NCBI GenBank assembly: GCA_040289265.1
Contig: PSKW01000002.1
Span: 28,709 to 92,708, forward strand
From: Gemmataceae bacterium
GTDB taxonomy: Bacteria; Planctomycetota; Planctomycetia; Gemmatales; HRBIN36
Length of the DNA: 64,000 bases
Direction of reading: 5' to 3'
Part shown: positions 35,769-44,811 of the stretch, piece by piece
How the letters are laid out: the number at the start of each line of letters is the position of its first letter
Position numbering within the stretch: position 1 is the stretch's first letter
Translations under genes and position numbers: made by a program
The notes under the pieces: generated by a model
Database searches by the model: none
Seen by the model: only the letters and a program-made list of their open reading frames with translations
Told to the model about the DNA's origin: nothing

Positions 35769-36740
35769 CTAATCGGGTGTCAGCGCGGCTAAAATATTAT
35801 ATACAGCGCGATCTATCCGCAGCTCGTCGGTATCGGCGGCTAGCCAATCCCGTCCACGGGCCAAAAAATATTGCGGCCGCTCACCACCTGTCAGACGTAC
35901 TTTCAATTCGCCTGCCTCGTCAGGCAGTCGCATGCTGACCAGCACCGCTTCCGACGTAAGCTCGAAGCGCACATGGCGCAGTTGCTGGCACAAACGCTCG
36001 ATGCGTTCGGCGTGTTGCTCTATGGTAGACAGATGCGGGCGCAACGGCGTGGCCCAATCAGGACCGGGCAAGATCTGCAAGGGCAAAGGCCGATAGTTGG
36101 CATCGCCACGAGCCAAAGCGTACCAATCGAAGCGCACATCTCCATAACACAAAATGTGCGCCTCGGGCTGCGTGGCTATGTCCTCGCTGCCATCGGTACG
36201 CTCCGCCTCGATATGCGTCCCGATGCCAAAGATACCCTCCTGACCACGCAACTGCCGCACCCAATCGGCATCCCCTTCGTAATCCCCACTGCTGGGATGA
36301 TGCAAGGCGCCGGGATGGGTGTGTACGATACCGATCAAATCGAGATCGCGATGAAACTGTTTGAGGATCCGGTAAAAAACCGCATGGCTGGGGCCGTGGA
36401 TGCGCACATGAGCGACTCCGGCATCGCTCCGAGCTCCAGCAGGCAATGCTGCCAAGGCGAGCGCCTGCTCTTGCTGACGTCTTCCCAATAGGATCCAGGC
36501 TGTTTCCAAATGACCGCGACCGCTGCGCAAATGCTCCTGATACCCTTCCAAAAGGGTGCGGCATAGCCGGTCACTGAGCACTACCTGGCGCAGACGCCGC
36601 AGCGACGCCGCGTCCACGGCGTGGCAGGCGGACGTGGAGCTCTCTGCCAGGTGCTCCTGATTCTGCCACACTTGTGGCACGGTCACTCTGGCATCGGAGC
36701 GTACCAGATGTCGGTACCAACTTCGCAGACGCTGCAACAT
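35769..36740 (-). CDS. JAB/MPN (JAMM) metalloisopeptidase with C-terminal extension
   Basis: 323 aa. The JAMM motif is complete: E79 (HLETAWILLG) and H140-T-H142-x7-S150-x2-D153 (GIVHTHPGALHHPSSGD). A ~110-aa C-terminal region of unknown fold contains ELKVRLTGG. Confidence 0.85.
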   Translation of the reverse strand: MLQRLRSWYRHLVRSDARVTVPQVWQNQEHLAESSTSACHAVDAASLRRLRQVVLSDRLCRTLLEGYQEHLRSGRGHLETAWILLGRRQQEQALALAALPAGARSDAGVAHVRIHGPSHAVFYRILKQFHRDLDLIGIVHTHPGALHHPSSGDYEGDADWVRQLRGQEGIFGIGTHIEAERTDGSEDIATQPEAHILCYGDVRFDWYALARGDANYRPLPLQILPGPDWATPLRPHLSTIEQHAERIERLCQQLRHVRFELTSEAVLVSMRLPDEAGELKVRLTGGERPQYFLARGRDWLAADTDELRIDRAVYNILAALTPD

Positions 36741-36836
36741 GGTGTTACGTTCGGTTGCCGACGGAGCCTCGACGAGCCAGGAATTAACAGGCGCCTAAGA
36801 ACACGACACTCCCAGCAGGTGCACATACTAACGGCG

Positions 36837-36865
36837 ATTGTACCCGAGCAAAAAGCGGGTGTCAA
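36837..36865 (-). promoter_or_regulatory. near-consensus sigma70-type promoter upstream of the JAB-E2-E1 cassette
   Basis: The minus strand reads TTGACA (36865-36860), then the 17-nt spacer cccgctttttgctcggg, then TACAAT (36842-36837). It starts 5 nt after the stop of the upstream ceramidase-like gene and lies ~97 nt upstream of the JAB ATG. Confidence 0.5.
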
Positions 36866-36869
36866 TCGC

Positions 36870-38183
36870 TTATCTGTTTTTTTGTTCAGGGGCGACCCGC
36901 CGCAGCGCTCGGAGGCTAGTTTCCAGAATCAACTGCCCAGCCTGCGGAACCAGTTTACTACTGCGTGCCGTGCGCGGTTCATAGCCGCCTGCAACGAATG
37001 CCTGTGCCGTGGGCACATAACCGACCCATTCGTTGGCCAGGGTAACTACCCAGGTTCTGGCGAAAGGGGAGCATTTTTTGATGCGCAGCCCGTATTCGCA
37101 AAAATACTCCGCGCCGTTGCTGACCACGCCCAGGGGCCCGATGCGCAATGCCTGTACCTCGCACGACACCGAGGGCGTCTGCTGCCGCATACGCGCCACG
37201 AGCTCCCTTTCGCGAGCGTACACCGGTTCGATGTTCGCGCCGCTGCCCAAGCCGTATGGCGGCCGCTCGCGATCCACGTCTGGATCGGGTCGAATCGGCA
37301 CAGGGATCTCTTCGCTGTGCACAGCCAATGGCACAGCGCGCATCCAGTCCATGCGGCCGATAGTGCGCACCGTTTCCGCGGCCAACTTGCTACCCATCAT
37401 GTCCGCATGTTCGGGCCCGAACTCGCGGGCGATGGACATATTGTCCACCTGGGTGACATCGCCGCATGGTCCTAACAAAAAGCAGACAGGCAACTTCATG
37501 CCGTACCGCGCTTGCAGATGCTTGCGCAGGTAGCCGGCATAATCCGGAGAGAAAAGGTCGCCACCCACCACCGTGCTGTGGCAAGCGTAACAGACCACCA
37601 CCCCCATGAGCTGGCCCGAGCGGTCGCGGGCTGCCAGCACGCCTAAATCCGGGTCGGTCGGACCTGCCGGGTGGACGATGTCGCCGTGGTGAGGTGTCCC
37701 AGGTTTGCCAGGATGGGTGATCTCCCGCCCGTCGCGCATAAGAAATCGCCGATTGAACAAAATGCTTTCCTCACGGCCCGTGCCGACCCCTATTTCGGCG
37801 TCGTGCAAACTCTGCCAAGCCTCGGTGACGGCACCGACAATACCTTGTACGAGCATCTCCAGATATACCGGGTCGGCATCGCAGCCCAAGCAGTCGGCGA
37901 CTGGCCCTCCCGAATGGGTGTGACTGGCACCGATAAGTACGTGCTCTTCGGGTATACGTGTACTCTGCCGAATCCCTCGGCGCGCCGCCGCCACCGTGTC
38001 TTTGGTGACAAACAGCGTGTCAATCCCCACGACAGCTAGCGCCTTGTCCCCGTCGAAGAGAACACACGCCACGGCCAAGAGCGGATCGCGCACCCCTTTG
38101 CCCACGCGCTTGAAAAAGCCGCCGGGCATTTGCATGCCCGGCTTGGGCGAAATATCCCGTACGCCAAAGCCCACCTGCACCAT
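36870..38183 (-). CDS. neutral/alkaline ceramidase-like N-terminal domain family protein
   Basis: 437 aa, with VGFGVRDISP...LLAVACVLFDGDKALAVVGIDTLF...VLIGASHTHSGGPV...VVVCYACHSTV, which resembles the neutral ceramidase hydrolase fold. Assignment is by motif resemblance only. Confidence 0.65.
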   Translation of the reverse strand: MVQVGFGVRDISPKPGMQMPGGFFKRVGKGVRDPLLAVACVLFDGDKALAVVGIDTLFVTKDTVAAARRGIRQSTRIPEEHVLIGASHTHSGGPVADCLGCDADPVYLEMLVQGIVGAVTEAWQSLHDAEIGVGTGREESILFNRRFLMRDGREITHPGKPGTPHHGDIVHPAGPTDPDLGVLAARDRSGQLMGVVVCYACHSTVVGGDLFSPDYAGYLRKHLQARYGMKLPVCFLLGPCGDVTQVDNMSIAREFGPEHADMMGSKLAAETVRTIGRMDWMRAVPLAVHSEEIPVPIRPDPDVDRERPPYGLGSGANIEPVYARERELVARMRQQTPSVSCEVQALRIGPLGVVSNGAEYFCEYGLRIKKCSPFARTWVVTLANEWVGYVPTAQAFVAGGYEPRTARSSKLVPQAGQLILETSLRALRRVAPEQKNR

Positions 38184-38481
38184 GTGTACCTCCCCTCCGT
38201 TGCCCTCGAGCAGCCTGCCCTTGCACCGTGCGCTTGGATGGAACGTAGTATATGCAGGCGCTGACCGAGCCCCGCAGAACGATCAGCCACGGTCTACCGT
38301 CTATTGATAGGAACAATGCTCCGGTACATCGAGAAAACCGCCGTACGAGGCTGCCACGAACCCTGTTATCGGGCCAGCCTGGTGCAGATCGAAGAGCGAC
38401 TCCTCTGGCGCCGGACGTGTTTTGGCGCTACAGTGTGAACAGAGCGGATGCGGGCAAAGGACAACACGAGAGATTTTTCCT

Positions 38482-39054
38482 ATGCCTCCAGAGCACAGCG
38501 TAGTCCCTGCCAGCGATGCGAGTTTGATCCGAAGCTATCTGGCCGGCGATCGCCACGCCTTGGACCAACTGCTGAGGCGTTACGAAGAGCCGTTGTATCT
38601 CTTTTTGCTGGGCCTGTTGCGCGACCGGGACAGTGCCCAGGATGCCTTGCAGGAAACATTCGTAGCCGCCTTGGAACAGGTACACAGGGTAGATCCCGAC
38701 CACTTCCGCGGATGGGCCTTTACGGTTGCGTTTCATCAAGCCATGCTGGCGCGCCGACGGGGCAAGATCGAAGCGCGTGCCCTGCACGCTTTTGCCGGCC
38801 ATTTAGCGGGCCAGGCCGCCACGGCACCGGATCCTGCACACCTGGTCGAGAGCGCCGAGATGCAGGCCCTGTGTCGGCACCAAATAGCTCTTTTACCCGA
38901 AACCGAACGCCGCGCCGTCTGTTTAAGATACTTCGAGGGACTCAAGTTTCGGGAGATAGCGCGCAAGCTCGGGTGTCCGCTGGGCACCGCATTGGCGCGA
39001 CTCCATAGCGGCCTGAAACGTTTGCGTTCGTCGAGAGGCTGGTCCCATGAGTAA
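38482..39054 (+). CDS. ECF-type RNA polymerase sigma-70 factor
   Basis: Track ORF 38422..39054, start at ATG 38482. Region 2: LIRSYLAGDRHALDQLLRRYEEPLYLFLLGLLRDRDSAQDALQETF. Region 4: RRAVCLRYFEGLKFREIARKLGCPLGTALARLHSGLKRLR. Confidence 0.9.
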   Translation: MPPEHSVVPASDASLIRSYLAGDRHALDQLLRRYEEPLYLFLLGLLRDRDSAQDALQETFVAALEQVHRVDPDHFRGWAFTVAFHQAMLARRRGKIEARALHAFAGHLAGQAATAPDPAHLVESAEMQALCRHQIALLPETERRAVCLRYFEGLKFREIARKLGCPLGTALARLHSGLKRLRSSRGWSHE

Positions 39055-39664
39055 CAAGCACTCCAGCAGTCCCAGTTCCGGCGACCGATTTTGTGCCTGG
39101 CTGTACCTCCAGAACGAGCTGAGCGACAGCCAGCGTCAGGCGTTCGAAGAGCGTCTGTCCAAAGACCAGAATGCCCGGGAGGCACTGGTGGAGGTGATGC
39201 GCCGTCTGCATTCGTGGCCGCCGCCCCCTTCTCTCCGGCCCGATCCCAGGTGCCGGGAGCACGCGCTGGTCCGGTTGCTCGAATTGCGCAGGCACTCGGT
39301 TTCAAGTATCTCTTGGCTGCGGCAGACGGGCATGACCATAGTCAGTTTCCTTACGGGAGCGGCCTGCGCGTTCCTGGTCCTTGTCGGTGTGGGTAATCTC
39401 TCGGTGCCGACACGTTCCGCAAGCAGCTCCGAAGATCGTCCCCCCGCTAGGGCGCCTGTTTTCCCACAACCATCCATCGTTCACGCTCCTAGCCCTGCTG
39501 CGGACAACATGGAGATCATCTACTGCGAGTTGACCAATAATGCCCGACTGGCGCGTTTCCGTGCAGAAGAGCGCGCGCGTCGAGACAAATGGGAACCGCA
39601 GCACGCTCCCCTGCGTGTTCAGCCGTTGTCGAAACCCGATGCGCCCAGAGGGCGTGTCATGTGA
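39047..39664 (+). CDS. putative anti-sigma factor (single-pass membrane protein)
   Basis: It overlaps the sigma gene by 8 nt. The N-terminal helical region is FCAWLYLQNELSDSQRQAFEERLSKDQNAREAL, followed by the TM helix MTIVSFLTGAACAFLVLVGVG. The call is by position and topology. Confidence 0.55.
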   Translation: MSNKHSSSPSSGDRFCAWLYLQNELSDSQRQAFEERLSKDQNAREALVEVMRRLHSWPPPPSLRPDPRCREHALVRLLELRRHSVSSISWLRQTGMTIVSFLTGAACAFLVLVGVGNLSVPTRSASSSEDRPPARAPVFPQPSIVHAPSPAADNMEIIYCELTNNARLARFRAEERARRDKWEPQHAPLRVQPLSKPDAPRGRVM

Positions 39665-39701
39665 CCCCCAAACCGCCCCTGCTCATTTGGAAAGGGCTGC
39701 T

Positions 39702-40373
39702 ATGTGCTGGTTGCCGGTGTCGTGGACTGCCTATGGACGGGATACCTGCCAGATGTGTTTGCGGAACCACTGTAAAAAAGTGGGCAGACTCGTCTGGCCT
39801 CTGGCCGCCCTGACGATCGCAATTTTCTTGAACTCGGCAGGGCCCCCTGTCGTGCGGGCCTCAGACCGTCAGCTGCCCCCGGCGACTTACCGCCGCCCGA
39901 TTTTGACCGAAGAACGCGAAGCGGCGGCCATGCACTTTGTCAAAAAGCACATACCCGATCTGGTCCCGATCTTGCAAAACCTCAAAAACCGCGACGCCAA
40001 CAAGTACGCCGAAGAGATGCTGGAGATCTTTCAAGTCACGGAATGGTTCGCCGAGTTGCAGGCTACCGACGAAAAACGTTACGAGCTCGAGCTAGAGATC
40101 TGGAAGACCGAGCATTTGGCCAGCGTCCTGGTTGCCAAACTCGCAGCCGAAAAGGACAACGCCACCGACGAGTCGCGCAAGCAACTGCAGACCTTCGCAC
40201 AAAGGCTCGTGGATCTGGAAATCCAAGTCCTGCGGCATCGAGTCGAAGTCCTGGAAAAGGAGCTCAGCGAAACCCGTGAAGAAATGAACCGTATGGAGGA
40301 CCATCGCGCCGATCTAGTCAAGGAACGCTTCAACGGCTTTTTCGAACAAATCAAACGCTGGCAAATGAAGTGA
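39702..40373 (+). CDS. secreted coiled-coil protein downstream of the sigma/anti-sigma pair
   Basis: Track ORF 39540..40373. Start at ATG 39702 (or 39753). Signal/anchor LVWPLAALTIAIFL, then long helical segments (ELELEIWKTEHLASVLVAKLAAEKD...LEIQVLRHRVEVLEKELSETREEMNRMEDHR). Confidence 0.55.
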   Translation: MCWLPVSWTAYGRDTCQMCLRNHCKKVGRLVWPLAALTIAIFLNSAGPPVVRASDRQLPPATYRRPILTEEREAAAMHFVKKHIPDLVPILQNLKNRDANKYAEEMLEIFQVTEWFAELQATDEKRYELELEIWKTEHLASVLVAKLAAEKDNATDESRKQLQTFAQRLVDLEIQVLRHRVEVLEKELSETREEMNRMEDHRADLVKERFNGFFEQIKRWQMK

Positions 40374-40476
40374 ACGACGACGAGCTGGGCGACCGTCTTT
40401 TTTGGTAGACCGTCTTTTTTGGCATCCGCTCGGTTCGCCCGCGCCTTTTTTGTGGCACCGCAGGCCCTGTTTTCCA

Positions 40477-42873
40477 CTACGGATCTTCGGCAACGACCTG
40501 TCCCGCGCCGGTGCTCGGATGTTGCTCGCCCCAGAAGTCGGCTAGAAGCGGCCGGCCAGTGCGTCTGCCTTGCGGATCCACAACATCCACGCGGACTACG
40601 ACGGGCACTTTGGGTTGCCAGCCCGCTTTGCGAGGTGGTTCGCTGGGTTTGCGCAGCAGTTGCAGGGCAAAGCGACCGCCCGCTTGAGGCACCGTGAAAC
40701 GCACCACGCGCTCGTAGGTGACGAAAAGCGGCTCGTCCTCGAGAACGACCGGCGGCTCCGCAGACAAAGCCGCCAGCTCGAATGCATCTGCGGGCAAAGC
40801 GCTGGCTGCAGGATCTCGCTGCCGCAATACCCGCAGGGCGAGCGGCATCGTCGGAACATCTGCTGCATCCGTTTTCGGGGCAAGCTTGGCCTGGCGCCAT
40901 TGTAAGGTCACCTGGATCACGACGTTGCCGGCGAGGTCGGCTCGCACCGTCTTGCCTGCCGCGTCGTAGGATAGCCAGGCCAAAAAGTTGATATCCGGGC
41001 GTCGTCCCGTCGCCCGGCCCCATTCCAGGACAGCATCTTCGTCTATGTCCGCCACGATCCCGCGCCAAACCTGGCGCTCGTCCAAGGGCAGGAGCTGGAA
41101 CCAAGTGCCCTGCCGCACCAGCTCCAACGGGTAGTACCCTATTCGCCCGTACGGCTCGGACAAAAGAGGATGGCTAAAAGGCCAGTAGCTGCCGATCACC
41201 ACTGTCGTGGTACCCCGGAGCGCCTGCAATTGCCGGTAGAAGTCCAGGAGCCGACCCTGACGCTGACCAAAAGCAACTTGCTGGGCATCGTGCTCTTTTT
41301 GTTTTTTGAAATACTCTTGCAAGCGTTTGCGACCTAAGTCATCGTCGCGGAACATATCCAAAACGAATTTCCTTTCCAGTCGCAATTCGAAATTCCCCTG
41401 CTGCAAACGCTGCTGCTGGCGGCGCAACTGCTCTTCCAAAAGTCTGCTAGCAGGCGTGCCCCACAGTTTGCCTTGTGTCGCACGCCCTACCTGTTCCAAT
41501 TGCCACAGTCCGAATCGAGGCACGCGCACCAATAATAACTCGCGCGGCTGCCACACTCCTTGGACCAGCAAGGCTAGTTGTCTGCCTTGTCCCTGGTCCT
41601 CTTCGGGTAGGGGACGCACATCCGGATGCAATTCCACAGTAGCATCCACCACCTGAGTTTTGGCGGGAAGCTCTTTGCCGATATGCGCCGTCACGCCGGC
41701 AAATTCCGTGCCCACAAGCACCAGCCGATCTACCGGCGCCATGACCCCAGGCCGCAGCGGTGTAGCTGTTCCGCGCAGTCCGGTCCCTAGGAGCCTCGCA
41801 CCTAATGCATCGGGGCTGTGCGGGTCGGGCAACAACAAAGGCGGCTGCGGCAAGCGGACGCTCGCCACCTCCGGCTGACTGGCCAACAGTTTCACGTCTT
41901 CGGGTACGATGCGAGCGAACACCAGTCTTCCCAGCCAGCCCAATACAGTTAGCGAAGGTACCCGACTGGTCAGCCCGACATGCCACCCGATCTCATAAGG
42001 CGCCCGCTCCTGAGTTAACACGATCTCGATTTCCAGTGGCTCTTTTTGCGGAACCTGGACCAGACCAGCCAGCACACGGCTCAAATCTGGGGCGATTCGC
42101 GTCGGCTCATCCTGCACCGCCGGTGCCGGCGCAGGAACAGCGCCGCCTTCCGGTACGACCCGTGCCAGTTTTATCGCGGTCCTCTCCCCTGCCAGCCGGT
42201 CCGATGCCCCATCTGCGCCGGACTTTCCCGGAGCGTCTCTTGCTACGGCAAAGGGCCGTGCCAGGGCTTTGGCAGGCACCCATCCCAGCCAGCGCCGGTA
42301 CTGGCGGTGGTCCGCTCCCGGCGATTCCACACTTCCCAGATCCGTCAGTTGGGCGCGCACCGCATGGTACAGGTCCCTCTGCTTCTGTGCCGGCCCAGCA
42401 TCGTTCAAGAAAAGTTCGACCATCATCATCTCGTCGCCGTCCGGCAAGTCCACATCCGCCGGCCACGCCAGGATATAACCGACGTATTGCAAGCGGGCTA
42501 TTTCTCCCAGCCGGCTGCTCGGAACGATACCTCGCAGCTCCGTCGCAAAAAAGTCCTCGGCCGGCAAAGCAGCTTCTTGGACGAAGTCCGCTCTCTTCAA
42601 ACGTTCCTTCAGCGCTCGCATCAAAAGGACCCGGCGCGTGCGGTCTGCGTCTATCTGGACCTGGAAGCGTATCCGCATCGGCCTCTCGACCGTCGGCGCC
42701 TTGTTTTGGCCCTGAGCAGCTGTGTTCGGCTCACACAGACCGATCTCCGAAGCACCAGATGCCATCAGCAGCATCGCAACGGCTAGCCGATAAACAAGTG
42801 CCAGTTTCGTCGGCCGCCAAGATGCACAACGGGTGGCTGCCGTGGCTAGCCCTTTCCTTGTTCGCTGGTGCAT
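40477..42873 (-). CDS. large secreted hypothetical protein (798 aa)
   Basis: Long ORF with a signal-like N-terminus (LALVYRLAVAMLLMASGASE). The composition is protein-like and no domain was recognised. The opposite-strand ORFs are R/P/S-rich shadows. Confidence 0.6.
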   Translation of the reverse strand: MHQRTRKGLATAATRCASWRPTKLALVYRLAVAMLLMASGASEIGLCEPNTAAQGQNKAPTVERPMRIRFQVQIDADRTRRVLLMRALKERLKRADFVQEAALPAEDFFATELRGIVPSSRLGEIARLQYVGYILAWPADVDLPDGDEMMMVELFLNDAGPAQKQRDLYHAVRAQLTDLGSVESPGADHRQYRRWLGWVPAKALARPFAVARDAPGKSGADGASDRLAGERTAIKLARVVPEGGAVPAPAPAVQDEPTRIAPDLSRVLAGLVQVPQKEPLEIEIVLTQERAPYEIGWHVGLTSRVPSLTVLGWLGRLVFARIVPEDVKLLASQPEVASVRLPQPPLLLPDPHSPDALGARLLGTGLRGTATPLRPGVMAPVDRLVLVGTEFAGVTAHIGKELPAKTQVVDATVELHPDVRPLPEEDQGQGRQLALLVQGVWQPRELLLVRVPRFGLWQLEQVGRATQGKLWGTPASRLLEEQLRRQQQRLQQGNFELRLERKFVLDMFRDDDLGRKRLQEYFKKQKEHDAQQVAFGQRQGRLLDFYRQLQALRGTTTVVIGSYWPFSHPLLSEPYGRIGYYPLELVRQGTWFQLLPLDERQVWRGIVADIDEDAVLEWGRATGRRPDINFLAWLSYDAAGKTVRADLAGNVVIQVTLQWRQAKLAPKTDAADVPTMPLALRVLRQRDPAASALPADAFELAALSAEPPVVLEDEPLFVTYERVVRFTVPQAGGRFALQLLRKPSEPPRKAGWQPKVPVVVRVDVVDPQGRRTGRPLLADFWGEQHPSTGAGQVVAEDP

Positions 42874-42922
42874 AGTGCTCGTCCTCTGGCTACGAAGACT
42901 CGCCTGCGCCGAATCGGCGGCT

Positions 42923-44434
42923 TTATTTCGTCTCCCAATACTGCACGCTCATCACTTCGATCTGGATGCGCCCCAAGACGCGCACTACCGGCAAAAGTGG
43001 CGTCAGCGTCTGGACATCGTTCCAGTGATGATCCGCAAGCTTGATATGGGTGATGCCGACTTGGTCGAGGCCTAACGTGGGGTCCATAGCATGCCACCGA
43101 CCGTACACCCACACCTCGAGCCACATGTGATAACCAAAAGCGCGCCGAGACGGCACATAGACCAGCCCGACGACGGGGCGTGCCGGGATGCCACTCGCCC
43201 GGCACATGGCCGCAGCCAGAATGGCATGCTCGGTGCAGTCCCCTTCCAGTCGGCGGGCAACTTCGTCGGCTGTGGCAAAAGCCTCGCTGAAGTTTTTGTC
43301 GCGGATATGTTCATTGACCCAGGCAGCGATACGACGTGCCTTGGCCCATGGTTCTGTCTCTCGGCCCACGGCTTGGCTGGCAAGTTTGCGGACCTGGGGA
43401 CTGTCGGCGCGCACGTAATGGTTGCTTTTCAGGTACGGCGCCAGTTCCGCCGGTGCCGCACCCTCCTGGTCCTCGTGCGGCACAGCGGCCTGTTTGACCA
43501 CGAGCTCCACCGTGTCGCCGCGGATACGACGCACATATTGGCGCTCGTCCTGTGGGAAAATCTTTTCTAGATCGTCCAGATCGCGTACCTGGATAGCGTA
43601 GACCGCCTGGATGGCTCGATCCGGCTGCCGGATCGTCTGCTTGACGCGAATCAATTGGCCCAGCCCGACATCTACCCGCGCTTGCACAGGCCGCGTCGCC
43701 ACTTCGCGCGTGGTCCGGTAAGTGACCAATGTCCCCAAACCTGGCAACTCCTGTTGCCCCTTGCGCACTTCACCTTGCCGATCTATCCAAAGAACCGCCG
43801 CAGGCAGGTGGATATCCTCCACTTTCTGGGTACGTTGGACCACACGCACCAACCGGCTTTTTTGTCCATCCAAAAGGCCTACCTCTTCCTCGCCGATTAC
43901 CTCCAGTTCACTGGTCAAAATGGTATGAAAGACTGGCTCGTACCGACGATAAGTAACCTTCTCCCCTGCCTTCAACGATAACCTTTTGTACAAAAGTTCC
44001 TGCTGGTACAGTCCCAGGGCCTTAGGATCCCAGGCAATCGGCTTTTCGATCGCCGGCTGATCGCCCACGCGCAAAGTCGCCAGCAATCTGTTGTTCTCTA
44101 CCTTGCCCTTCAGCACCAACCGCTGATCTTTGCTGAGGGTTTGCCACATGATGACGGCAAGTACTTTGCCTTCCAATGTTTCATGGTTTCCCACGACGAA
44201 TTGTTGGTGAAGCCGCTGGCCAAAACGAGCGATAGTCAAATCGAATTCGTTCACCGCCTCGATAACGACCCTTTCTCCAACCTGCAACTGTTTGTAGACA
44301 GAGTGTATATATCCGACATGACTGCCCTCTAGATAAGCAGCGTCCCAGGTATCCTTCAAAAGCTGTTCCGTTACTTGCGGCTGAGAACCAGAAGCCTGCA
44401 AGAGAAATGCCATGAGCAATGCATAAGAGAGCAA
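42923..44434 (-). CDS. transglutaminase-like domain protein (secreted)
   Basis: Signal MLSYALLMAFLLQASG. The C-terminal transglutaminase core is GDCTEHAILAAAMCRASGIPARPVVGL...GYHMWLEVWVYGRWHAMDPT (Cys-His-Asp triad context). Confidence 0.85.
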   Translation of the reverse strand: MLSYALLMAFLLQASGSQPQVTEQLLKDTWDAAYLEGSHVGYIHSVYKQLQVGERVVIEAVNEFDLTIARFGQRLHQQFVVGNHETLEGKVLAVIMWQTLSKDQRLVLKGKVENNRLLATLRVGDQPAIEKPIAWDPKALGLYQQELLYKRLSLKAGEKVTYRRYEPVFHTILTSELEVIGEEEVGLLDGQKSRLVRVVQRTQKVEDIHLPAAVLWIDRQGEVRKGQQELPGLGTLVTYRTTREVATRPVQARVDVGLGQLIRVKQTIRQPDRAIQAVYAIQVRDLDDLEKIFPQDERQYVRRIRGDTVELVVKQAAVPHEDQEGAAPAELAPYLKSNHYVRADSPQVRKLASQAVGRETEPWAKARRIAAWVNEHIRDKNFSEAFATADEVARRLEGDCTEHAILAAAMCRASGIPARPVVGLVYVPSRRAFGYHMWLEVWVYGRWHAMDPTLGLDQVGITHIKLADHHWNDVQTLTPLLPVVRVLGRIQIEVMSVQYWETK

Positions 44435-44811
44435 ATCACCACCTCCCTAGCATGGCACTTCTGACAAAGAAGACGAGCGATCGTCAGACGCCCAAGCCTT
44501 TCTCTCGAGTTGGACCGATTGCCCTTCACAACCGGTCTCTCGGGGCAGTGTGGCGTATTTGCCGCCACCGCCATCCGAACACATCAGAGAGTGCGTTGAG
44601 TGCTCGATCGCTCTCGTCAAACTTATGAACACCCAGCAATCGTACCCTATATGGCGAGACAACGCTACTGCTTAGGCTGGTGAAAACGGTGCGCCAGTCC
44701 TGAAAAATGAAAGTAATTTACTGTCCGAACCGAATTTGTCGGATATATCACCAACTTTGCCACAAAGCGTAAAAGGTCGGTCAGGCCTACTCTAATGCCT
44801 GCGGCACCATT

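Noticed and set aside
34059-36740. Interpretation as CBASS Cap2/Cap3 or as a MoaD/ThiS sulfur-transfer operon
   Set aside because: There is no CD-NTase or effector gene adjacent, and E1 and E2 are separate proteins, unlike Cap2. No MoaD/ThiS-like GG-terminated ORF or molybdopterin/thiamine genes are nearby, and the presence of an E2-like protein argues against simple sulfur-carrier chemistry.
36621-37475. 284-aa plus-strand ORF spanning the JAB 5' end and the ceramidase-like gene
   Set aside because: It is antisense to two well-supported minus-strand genes and crosses the intergenic promoter. No motifs.
41805-42875. 356-aa plus-strand ORF (and 42046-42786) opposite the 798-aa secreted protein gene
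   Set aside because: Its Pro/Arg/Ser-rich low-complexity translation marks it as a shadow. The minus-strand ORF is much longer and protein-like.
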